A stretch of 55,282 nucleotides of DNA, from positions 1 to 55,282 of the IMG/VR virus record IMGVR_UViG_3300035659_000016, one strand, 5' to 3'. Below the pieces are notes generated by a model. That model was not told where the DNA came from. It was given only the letters and a program-made list of their open reading frames with translations, and searched no databases. The translations under genes were made by a program, and so were the position numbers. Shown here in pieces: positions 47,941-55,282 of the stretch. The DNA is from a virus (lineage: Duplodnaviria; Caudoviricetes). How positions within the stretch are numbered: the first letter of the stretch is position 1; each line of letters begins with the position of its first letter.

Positions 47941-48542
47941 AGATCGATCTCAACCCCTATCCAGGAAGGGATAAAGAGCCCCTCAATGCCCACCCGCAGG
48001 ACGGGCTTGAAGAGTACCAAAGAGCCTGGGAGATTGAGACCCTGGAAGACCTTTACATCGCCAAAGCACCCAAGCGGGTGTGTGAGATCGGCATCTTTCA
48101 GGGTGGTACCCTCAAGCGCTGGCTGCAGCATGCCGCTTTCGGGGCCATCGTTGTGGCTGTGGACATCGATCTCGTGCCGTTGCGGAAACACCCTTACAGT
48201 GAATGGGTCAAGCCGTCCACCACCCTAAAAATTATCCAGGGGGGTACCGAGCACGCCTCGACGTTCGACGCCGTGCGCGAGGCCGTAGGTGGACAGCTAG
48301 ACTGGTTGTGGATCGATGGGGATCACACCTACAACATGACGAAGAGTGACTTGGCCCGCTACGGCCCTCTGGTGGTCGAAGGGGGCCTTATCGCCATGCA
48401 CGACATTAACCTACCCGGAATCGCAGCCGTGTGGGACGAGGTACAGAAGGCCGGTTACCTTACCCGCGAGTTGCAGTCGCAGTTCGTAGCTCCTGACGAA
48501 GGGGTGGCAAAGGGTACTGGGATTGGAGTTATCTATGTATAA
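47937..48542 (+). CDS. Class I SAM-dependent methyltransferase (Methyltransf_24-like)
   Basis: EIGIFQGG, AVDI, DWLWIDGDHTY, GGLIAMHD. Confidence 0.9.
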   Translation: MKIDLNPYPGRDKEPLNAHPQDGLEEYQRAWEIETLEDLYIAKAPKRVCEIGIFQGGTLKRWLQHAAFGAIVVAVDIDLVPLRKHPYSEWVKPSTTLKIIQGGTEHASTFDAVREAVGGQLDWLWIDGDHTYNMTKSDLARYGPLVVEGGLIAMHDINLPGIAAVWDEVQKAGYLTRELQSQFVAPDEGVAKGTGIGVIYV

Positions 48543-49068
48543 CCCCATCGTTGGGGAGCCGTGGGGGAGCCTCCTACCCAAGCTACGAGAACACCCGAGC
48601 GTAATCGTCACAGGGCCCTCGCGCTCTGGCACGACCGTCGCCGCCCGCATCCTAGCGGATGCACTAGGTTATAAATACGTCGACGAAAACGATTTCGGGA
48701 TCGGAAACGTCGTACGCGCCAGGGGCTTCGTTGCACAGCAGCATGTAGTGTTGCAAGCTCCCGGGCTGTGCCATGCAGCACACCGCCTGGGGTGCGCTGT
48801 AGTGATAATGCGACGCAACCTAGAGGCGATCCACGCCAGCGAGCGTCGCATCCCTAAATGGATAGAAGAACAAGAGCCACAAGAGTCCCAGAAGTACGGT
48901 GGCGTTATCCTGACCCACTTGGCGGAACTGAAGTACTTTTGTTGGGACCTGGAACAGAAGTTCAAGTGCATCTCGTTCGATCTGGACTACGAGTCGCTGC
49001 GGACGCACCCCATGTGGATCGACCCTGAAAAGCGCAAAGGCTTTGGAGTACGCCAATGGAAACTTTAG
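48535..49068 (+). CDS. Sulfotransferase-like P-loop protein
   Basis: VIVTGPSRSGTT (5'-PSB-like), MRRNLEAIHAS (R-x7-S 3'-PB-like), LDYESL. Confidence 0.7.
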   Translation: MYNPIVGEPWGSLLPKLREHPSVIVTGPSRSGTTVAARILADALGYKYVDENDFGIGNVVRARGFVAQQHVVLQAPGLCHAAHRLGCAVVIMRRNLEAIHASERRIPKWIEEQEPQESQKYGGVILTHLAELKYFCWDLEQKFKCISFDLDYESLRTHPMWIDPEKRKGFGVRQWKL

Positions 49069-49706
49069 CCATACTACCAGTGAAAGGACGTGTGCGCGAG
49101 ACCGTCGAGCTGATCCCTCGCTTGCTCCGTACCGCAGGGGCCCCGATGAATCTGGTCGTAGTAGTCAATGACGACCCCGAGCTGGCAGCAGCCTTGCAAA
49201 ATCCGGTGCCAGTTGGGTTCCGGTTGGCCATCAATCAGGCCAACCACACTTATTGGGACACGCTGCGTCAGACCTTGCGGGCCATACCTGAAGGAGACCT
49301 CATCGTCAACCTAGCCAATGATCTACTACCAGGACGCAGTTGGTTGGAACGGGCCCTGGCAGCCTACACCAGGACCTTCGGTAAAGGCGAAGGTATCATC
49401 GGCTTCAACGATGGAGTGCATTCCGGGGAGACCGCTGCACACTTTGTGGCACATCGTGACCTGCTAAAGCAGTTCTACGGTAACGACTATTTCCCACAAC
49501 ACTACCAACACAATTTCGGTGACACCGAACTGATTCTACGGGCCCAAGCCCAGCAGAAGTTCGGGGTGGCGATTTTCGCGATTCTGTATCACAACCACCC
49601 CGCTACAGGCAGACAGCCTACAGACTACGTCTACCAAACGGGCTTTGCTTCGTGGCGGCAGGACCAAGAGACCTTCGTACAGCGTAAGGCGGCGGGGTGG
49701 CCCTAG
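49056..49706 (+). CDS. GT-A fold (GT2-like) glycosyltransferase
   Basis: AILPVKGR, VVVVNDD, NLANDL, Y.HNFGDTEL, HNHP. Confidence 0.75.
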   Translation: METLAILPVKGRVRETVELIPRLLRTAGAPMNLVVVVNDDPELAAALQNPVPVGFRLAINQANHTYWDTLRQTLRAIPEGDLIVNLANDLLPGRSWLERALAAYTRTFGKGEGIIGFNDGVHSGETAAHFVAHRDLLKQFYGNDYFPQHYQHNFGDTELILRAQAQQKFGVAIFAILYHNHPATGRQPTDYVYQTGFASWRQDQETFVQRKAAGWP

Positions 49707-50011
49707 TGCTAGTCCTAACACTCGAAGTGCGACTGATCTTGGCCGCGCTCGCAACCTATCGCGTCTCACACGCCCTGGCACTAGAGAAGGGTCCCTTCGC
49801 GGTCTGCGAGCGCTTGCGGGGGTGGGTCTCTGACCACTTCGGTGCGGCGAGTTGGGTCTTCGAAGGCCTAACTTGCCCCCTGTGCCTTTCCGTGTGGGTG
49901 GTCTGGCCCTTCATCGTGGTGGTGGTGTTTCCCACACCCGTGGGCGACCTGGGACTGATGTGGTTAGGACTAAGCGGCGTAGCATCGTTTCTGTACAAAG
50001 TTGAGAGGTAA
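49697..50011 (+). CDS. DUF1360-like membrane protein
   Basis: LATYRVS......GPF...R, LTCPLCLSVW. Confidence 0.75.
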   Translation: MALVLVLTLEVRLILAALATYRVSHALALEKGPFAVCERLRGWVSDHFGAASWVFEGLTCPLCLSVWVVWPFIVVVVFPTPVGDLGLMWLGLSGVASFLYKVER

Positions 50012-50012
50012 C

Positions 50013-50324
50013 ATGGCGACATTTCCAACGAGTCCTGGGGCTGGCGCTGCAATTCCGGCTGTGTTAGCTTCCCCCGACCAAGTGCAAGGAAACCATGCCT
50101 TCCCGGCGTATCTCCTAGTGGGGCCTTGGGATGACGGGCGGCCGGATCAAGGGATGCCACCGACACACGTGTGGCCGATCAACATGTGGGACTTGGTCGA
50201 GTTCGGGGGCAAGTACTCGCTCGTAGGAGAGGTTATGGCTCTGCCCATCCGCCCGTCCTACGCCCCGATAGTGACAGGAGACAAGGCCATAGCGATTCTT
50301 ATCGTGAACCTCGGAGGCAACTAA
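50013..50324 (+). CDS. Hypothetical virion-region protein
   Basis: GAGG RBS, tiles the operon. Confidence 0.55.
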   Translation: MATFPTSPGAGAAIPAVLASPDQVQGNHAFPAYLLVGPWDDGRPDQGMPPTHVWPINMWDLVEFGGKYSLVGEVMALPIRPSYAPIVTGDKAIAILIVNLGGN

Positions 50325-50602
50325 TGCTACTGCTCTGGGCTGCACTTGGTTGGACCTTCGTCGTGCTCGTTCTCTCGCAGGTCCTGGTTCTGGCGATGGT
50401 AATCATCGTGTGGAGGTTTGAAATGAATCTGTACGAGAAAATCGGCGCTGTGCTAAAAGCAGCAGCAGCTCGCGAAGCACAGCTAACCGCCCTGCAGCAG
50501 CAGTTCGCGGGACTGAACTACGCACTCAACAAGTTGGTTGAGGGGCTCGCCGCCATCTACGGAGTGTCTCTCGAGTCCCTAGGGCAAAAGAAGGTCAAGT
50601 GA
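50324..50602 (+). CDS. Small coiled-coil protein (alternative start 50423 has a GGAGG RBS)
   Basis: TM segment then coiled coil. Confidence 0.5.
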   Translation: MLLLWAALGWTFVVLVLSQVLVLAMVIIVWRFEMNLYEKIGAVLKAAAAREAQLTALQQQFAGLNYALNKLVEGLAAIYGVSLESLGQKKVK

Positions 50603-51921
50603 GCCTACTTTCGCTTGAACAATTTAGAGTGGAGTTGCACTACAATCCCTTCCACTTCTGGGGCTGGGCGAACGCTAAGGTCCCCGTGAACTCCCAGTGT
50701 AATACGGTGATCCAGCAGCACGCATGGCAAGATGCGGATCGCTCGGGTCGCAATGAATTGCAGGAAGCTCTGGACATCGCCGAGAGCCGTCTCAAAAACT
50801 TCTTGGGCTATTCGGTGGCCCCACATTATCGCTCTGACGATATACAGGACTACCCACGCTATCGCGACCCGCAGTTGATCGCGATCTGGCCTACGGACAT
50901 TACGGGGTACTGGAAGAGTGTTTTGACCGACGAGGGCTACGTCCAGATGATGGGGGTCGAGAAGCTGACTCTGCTGGGGACAGCTCCCTTTGTCGCCCCA
51001 TTTCCATACACGGGTTACACTCCAGCCCTGCCTTACCTGATCTATTTAGACACGGACGGCGACGGCTTGGTGGACACCTTCGAAATTGCCTTAAACACGA
51101 CTGTCACTGTTCCCACCCAGATCGAAGTCTACTTTGCGGCGGCGGATCGAACAGTACTACGCAGTGATTGGCGTATTCACCCCGTAAGTGTGACGATTAG
51201 TGGGGGTATTGCGACCATTCGTGGGCGTTCGTGGATGCTGGGTCGACCCATTCTCTACGAGTCGGCACTCGCCCCGTCGGTGCAACTCAATCCCGACACG
51301 GTTGCCAACTATGCACAGTCCTTGGAAGTCTACCAACATGTTTGCGACCCGACGGGCATCACCCTGACGACGTCACAGGGAGAGTTCATTTGGGATTCGG
51401 TACCCTATCCCTCTTTTTGGGGCATCCTGCAAGGCAGTCCTAGTCTCGCAGGCGAGACGGATCCTGGATCCAACGCCTACTCGCTCGCGCGCGTGGGTAT
51501 TCGTGAGGCGGTGATAGGTGTGGTGTTCCCCGGGGAGGCTCTCTACAACGCCACAACCGGATTGTGGAACATGACAATACCGCCGTGGACAACCAACATC
51601 TGCCGTCCGCCCGATCGTGTGCTACTGCGATATCGCGCGGGTTACCCTTTAGAAGCGGACGGCCAAATGAATCGCCGTCTGCGCACCGTCGTATCCCGAC
51701 TGGCTATGGCGGAGTTGACCAATCGCATCGCGGCGTGTGACGAAGCCAATCGCACACTATACTTTTGGCAACGTGACCGGAGTCAGGTTGCTGACAAGAC
51801 AGAGCAGTACGCCATCAGTCGTGAGGACCTCAACAATCCTTACGGTACCAAAAAGGGACAGATTTTCGCGTGGCACGAAACGAAACTGCTCCGGCTATTA
51901 CGTGCAGTGCCCAACTATTAG
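50599..51921 (+). CDS. Head-tail adaptor (gp6/gp15-like) with large insertion
   Basis: N-terminal LLSLEQFR..L and AE.RLKNFLG; C-terminal V.LRYRAGY....RLRTVVSRLA. Confidence 0.55.
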   Translation: MSLLSLEQFRVELHYNPFHFWGWANAKVPVNSQCNTVIQQHAWQDADRSGRNELQEALDIAESRLKNFLGYSVAPHYRSDDIQDYPRYRDPQLIAIWPTDITGYWKSVLTDEGYVQMMGVEKLTLLGTAPFVAPFPYTGYTPALPYLIYLDTDGDGLVDTFEIALNTTVTVPTQIEVYFAAADRTVLRSDWRIHPVSVTISGGIATIRGRSWMLGRPILYESALAPSVQLNPDTVANYAQSLEVYQHVCDPTGITLTTSQGEFIWDSVPYPSFWGILQGSPSLAGETDPGSNAYSLARVGIREAVIGVVFPGEALYNATTGLWNMTIPPWTTNICRPPDRVLLRYRAGYPLEADGQMNRRLRTVVSRLAMAELTNRIAACDEANRTLYFWQRDRSQVADKTEQYAISREDLNNPYGTKKGQIFAWHETKLLRLLRAVPNY

Positions 51922-51942
51922 TGGTTTGGAGGAAGAGTAAAA

Positions 51943-53493
51943 ATGGGAATTCCAAATGCTGACCAGATCGTAACCACCCGACACATCCGGGACTTCATCC
52001 AGTTTCACGGGCCTAGCCCGCGCAACAAGCCTCAGTTCTACGGGCAAGATGCGCAGTACATGCTCGTGAGCTCTTTGGCGATTCCGGAAGTGGGCACGAT
52101 CGCGCCCGTGTGGGCCCCCGATCCGCAAAGCCCGGCTGGGTACTACTATCTGGTAAACAAGACCATTGCAGCGCCCGGGACGTTGCCGAAAGCAACGATA
52201 ACGCTCTTGGAGCGGCATGGTGCAGTTCCACGTCACCTTGGTCGCGTGGGTGAGTTCAACCTCTACGAAGTCGTCGGCAACGCTGCGGACCTCAGTGACT
52301 TCGCACGTGGCTGGACAGACTATGTCATGATCTACGCCAATGGCATGGTCGAGACCAAGACGCCTGGAGCTCGTGGCAACTGGAACACCGACAAAGAAGC
52401 CCTCGACCAACTCGCGGCCACCTTCAGTGCGATCTATGGCATTGGGCCGCTTGGCTTGGGCGAAGTCGTGTTGCCGACCTACGAGGTCTTGGATGTCACG
52501 TACGGTTCGTTTCGGAGACGCGGCGACATCGGTCCGTACGACGATGGTACGCAAGCGATCTATGCCTGCACCAAGCATGGTGGTGGTGCCGGTGGCTTTG
52601 TCAAGTACAGCCTCGACGGCGGGGGTACGTGGACTACCTTGACCGTCACAGGCATCGGTGCGACCGAAGACCTCACGTGCATCCGCATCATGGGGGAGTA
52701 CTTGGTAGTCATGGGTAACATTGCAGTGGGCCACTACTACATCGAAATCAACCCCCTCACGGGTGCACCAGTCGGGTCGACGTGGACCAAGGTCACCGGC
52801 GGCTACGTGGCCGCCAAGTACCCGAAGAGCATGTGGATCTCCAACCCCCGTGAGGCGTTCATCTGCGCTGTGGGCGGCTACATCTACAAGATGACAGATC
52901 CCACCGCCGCGGTAACGGTCGCGAATGCGGGTGTGGCGACCACCGAAGATCTCAATCGCATCGACGGTCAGAACGGCTTGATCGTAGCCGTTGGGGATGC
53001 GGCAACTGTTGTCGTCTCCTCGAACTACGGGCTGTCCTGGGCCCCGACTGCGACGGATCCTGGTGCCGATGACGTGAAAGGTGTTGCCATCGTCAACCCC
53101 GCTACCTACTGGGTCTGCGATGGTGCTGGGGACGTCTACTGGACAGACGACAGTGGGGCGGTCTGGCACGCGCTCGCTGCCCTGCCCAACCTGGACTGCG
53201 CCAACGACATCGTCTTTGCCACGCCCGAGGTGGGCTATGTCGTTGGTGACAACGGCAGTGCCTTAGGCCTGATCTTTGCTACCTGGAACGGTGGTGAAAC
53301 TTGGGTGCAGGCCTTACGCGGGCCGCGGTTGATGAACGCCCTGACAGTTCAGGGGGTCAACTCGATCGCTGTGCCACGTGTGAGTGCCTCCGACCCAGAA
53401 GTGGCTGCAGACAATGTGGCTCTGGCGTGCCTGTCTTCTGGCTATCTAGCCACGACAGGCTCGGTTGTCTTGGGTCGCACTGCACACTTGTAA
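51943..53493 (+). CDS. Probable major tail protein with C-terminal BNR/Asp-box beta-propeller
   Basis: Directly precedes hairpin, chaperone and TMP; SLDGGGTW, SSNYGLSW, TDDSGAVW, TWNGGETW. Confidence 0.6.
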   Translation: MGIPNADQIVTTRHIRDFIQFHGPSPRNKPQFYGQDAQYMLVSSLAIPEVGTIAPVWAPDPQSPAGYYYLVNKTIAAPGTLPKATITLLERHGAVPRHLGRVGEFNLYEVVGNAADLSDFARGWTDYVMIYANGMVETKTPGARGNWNTDKEALDQLAATFSAIYGIGPLGLGEVVLPTYEVLDVTYGSFRRRGDIGPYDDGTQAIYACTKHGGGAGGFVKYSLDGGGTWTTLTVTGIGATEDLTCIRIMGEYLVVMGNIAVGHYYIEINPLTGAPVGSTWTKVTGGYVAAKYPKSMWISNPREAFICAVGGYIYKMTDPTAAVTVANAGVATTEDLNRIDGQNGLIVAVGDAATVVVSSNYGLSWAPTATDPGADDVKGVAIVNPATYWVCDGAGDVYWTDDSGAVWHALAALPNLDCANDIVFATPEVGYVVGDNGSALGLIFATWNGGETWVQALRGPRLMNALTVQGVNSIAVPRVSASDPEVAADNVALACLSSGYLATTGSVVLGRTAHL

Positions 53494-53501
53494 CTCGAAG
53501 A

Positions 53502-53531
53502 GGACCAGCCACCCCGTTGGATGGCTGGTCC
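53502..53531 (+). terminator. Hairpin after tail protein gene
   Basis: ggaccagccacc...gatggctggtcc. Confidence 0.5.
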
Positions 53532-53563
53532 ACTCAAAAGACCGAAGGGAGAATCAAACGAAA

Positions 53564-54085
53564 ATGAGCAAGAACAATGATGGGCTGTTTGATTACACAT
53601 GCCCAGACACAGGGAGGGTACTGAAGTTGCGCAAAGTGCCTTTCACTGTGACAGAAGCGTTTTACCAAACCTTCAAGACGTCGCACCCCGAGCCGAAGCC
53701 CCCGATGCAAACGGTGGACTACGGGGAAAACGAGAAAATCGTCGAGCCCAACGAAGCACACCCTGCCTATCAACGGCGTCTTCAGGAGTGGCAGATCCAA
53801 CGCAACATTTGGGTCAACGACCAAGTACGTCGCTTCTTCGCCAAGGCAGCCATCGAGTGCGAGGTGGACAAGGGAGCCGTCAAGACCCTGCGCGATCAAA
53901 TTCGAGACGCCGGGGGGGCCGAGCTCGATCCAGACGACAAGTTCGTTTACATTTGGATGATCTGTGTCGGAACCCTCGAAGGCGTCAACGATCTGATGAC
54001 GGCGATCCAACGACGTAGCAAACCTACGGAGGAGGCAGTCGCCACGGCGCGCGACTTGTTTCGCAGCCAAGTACCAAAGGCGTGA
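53564..54085 (+). CDS. Tail assembly chaperone (gpG-like)
   Basis: Between tail tube and TMP; GGAG RBS. Confidence 0.7.
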   Translation: MSKNNDGLFDYTCPDTGRVLKLRKVPFTVTEAFYQTFKTSHPEPKPPMQTVDYGENEKIVEPNEAHPAYQRRLQEWQIQRNIWVNDQVRRFFAKAAIECEVDKGAVKTLRDQIRDAGGAELDPDDKFVYIWMICVGTLEGVNDLMTAIQRRSKPTEEAVATARDLFRSQVPKA

Positions 54086-54284
54086 CGTCTTCCGCTGGAA
54101 AGTAGCGCAGTCCGGAGTCACTTATAGTACGGCATATCTCTGGTTCGAGGCGGCTCGCCATGCCGGCTATCGTTGGACCGACTTCCTCGATCTAGATGGG
54201 GAAGTCCAGAGCCTCCTTGTGGCGGCTTTCCAAACAGACAATCAGATTCAGGGTGTACTAGCGCGATATGGCAGAAAATCTTAG
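54060..54284 (+). CDS. Start-less +1-frame extension of the tail chaperone (gpT-like)
   Basis: 74 sense codons FAAKYQRRDVFRWK...YLWFEAARHAGYRWTDFLDLD...; begins at TTT-CGC. Confidence 0.65.
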   Translation, partial: FAAKYQRRDVFRWKVAQSGVTYSTAYLWFEAARHAGYRWTDFLDLDGEVQSLLVAAFQTDNQIQGVLARYGRKS

Positions 54285-55282
54285 ACAAGTTGGCGTTCAG
54301 CTCGTCGCTCTGGGTGGCAGTGAGTACGTTGCCGCCCTGAATGCGGCTGCGCAGGCTGAGGCGCAACTCACAGCCTCCCTGGTCCCACTGGCCAACAGCG
54401 AGAAGGCACTTTCGACGGCTCTCGTGCCGATTGTGTCTTCCCTCCAAGAGGCCACGAAGGGTTACCAGGACACTGCGAGGGCCGTCAACGCGGACGAGGT
54501 AGCCGAAGCCTCGAAGATCCAGATCGCTCTACAGCAACTGGCTGTCTTCCAGCAACTCAATGCAGAGTTCAACCAGACGAACGTCACTGTCACCTCGAAT
54601 ACCGATGTCCTGAACATTAACACCAAGGCCGCGGCCGCGGCCTCCCAACACACTGGCTCCTTCGTCGCTGCAGTGCGAGGTATGCGCTTCGCCTTGATGG
54701 AGGGTATCGCGGTCCTGGCTATGTACCAGATAGCCATCGGTGAGACGCTGCCCCAGGCTGCACGCGAAGCCAGCCGCGCCATGATGATCGTAGGTGACTC
54801 GATCATGGCCGCAGCGATGGTTAGTGCCACCGCCGCCTCCGTGGGGATCGGTGCCCTCGTCGGCGTCGTGTTAGCCCTTGGGGTAGCTTCGCTGACGGTT
54901 GACGAGGACCTATCTGCTCTGAACAAGCAGCTAGACTCTCTAGCCAAGCACGACGCTGCTACGGAAGGGCTGAGGAACCTGGCCGCCGTCGAGGCTGACG
55001 TTGCCGCCAATGCCCTCGAGTGGATGAAGCTCCACCCAGAGCTGGCCGCAGAACTCCAAGACATGGAGAAGCTCAGCCAGAAGTCCATGTTCGCTGTCTC
55101 GGGGTTGGGTGATGCTCTGGGTTGGTTGGTTGGTAAAACGGGTGAGGTGGTGCGCGGCTGGCAAGCCATGGCCATTGCCGACCAGGCTTACCTCGAGGCT
55201 ATACGCGAGGGCAAGTCGCATCAAGAGGCCCAGAACATCGCGATTCAAGCTGGCCACGACGTGGTGATGGGCTACAGTCAGG
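54268..55282 (+). CDS. Tape measure protein, N-terminal part
   Basis: MAENLRQVGVQLVALG...; open to the window end and in frame with ORF 12-1880. Confidence 0.85.
   Translation, partial: MAENLRQVGVQLVALGGSEYVAALNAAAQAEAQLTASLVPLANSEKALSTALVPIVSSLQEATKGYQDTARAVNADEVAEASKIQIALQQLAVFQQLNAEFNQTNVTVTSNTDVLNINTKAAAAASQHTGSFVAAVRGMRFALMEGIAVLAMYQIAIGETLPQAAREASRAMMIVGDSIMAAAMVSATAASVGIGALVGVVLALGVASLTVDEDLSALNKQLDSLAKHDAATEGLRNLAAVEADVAANALEWMKLHPELAAELQDMEKLSQKSMFAVSGLGDALGWLVGKTGEVVRGWQAMAIADQAYLEAIREGKSHQEAQNIAIQAGHDVVMGYSQ
55076..55282. repeat. Terminal direct repeat (copy 2)
   Basis: Matches 1-207. Confidence 0.95.

Noticed and set aside
51898-53169. 423-aa antisense ORF, and similar shadow ORFs such as 9301-9969, 43498-44121, 45620-46306, 54462-55175
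   Set aside because: Antisense shadows of high-GC genes, with no RBS or recognisable motifs
55076-55282. 207-bp end repeat as a biological terminal repeat
   Set aside because: It cuts through the tape-measure gene, as expected for assembly circularisation. The single A/G difference may be a variant or an error.

Overview
The window is an apparently complete circular (or circularly permuted) genome of a tailed dsDNA phage, about 55,075 bp. Positions 55076-55282 repeat 1-207 with one mismatch, and the break falls inside the tape-measure gene. The + strand late arm (38.0 kb through the origin to 13.8 kb) carries terS, terL, portal, protease/scaffold and major capsid. These are followed by a six-gene block (GT2, GT17, methyltransferase, sulfotransferase-like, second GT, DUF1360), then adaptor, tail tube-like protein, tail chaperone, tape measure, tail tip/fibre and lysis genes. 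The - strand early/middle arm (37.6 to 13.9 kb) carries four HTH regulators, a eukaryote/archaea-type topoisomerase IB, SNF2 helicase, Cas4-like nuclease, AAA recombinase, SSB, primase-helicase, a 7-deazaguanine cluster (queC, DJ-1/PfpI, queD, queE, folE, DUF3310, dpdA-like), a UDG-PolA fusion and a RuvC-like resolvase. Sigma70-type promoters, GGAGG ribosome-binding sites and a GH24 lysozyme indicate a bacterial host. No integrase was found. The main hand-read findings are: (1) an ~860-bp self-contained early cassette with 2 GpC versus ~23 CpG, encoding an alanine-free paralog of an HTH protein; (2) a capsid-linked glycosylation/methylation/sulfation block; (3) a large-type TopIB in a phage; (4) a ~240-nt pseudoknotted RNA; (5) a DJ-1/PfpI enzyme inside the deazaguanine cluster; (6) a probable +1 frameshift in the tail chaperone. 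All family assignments come from motif recognition by eye; no database searches were run.
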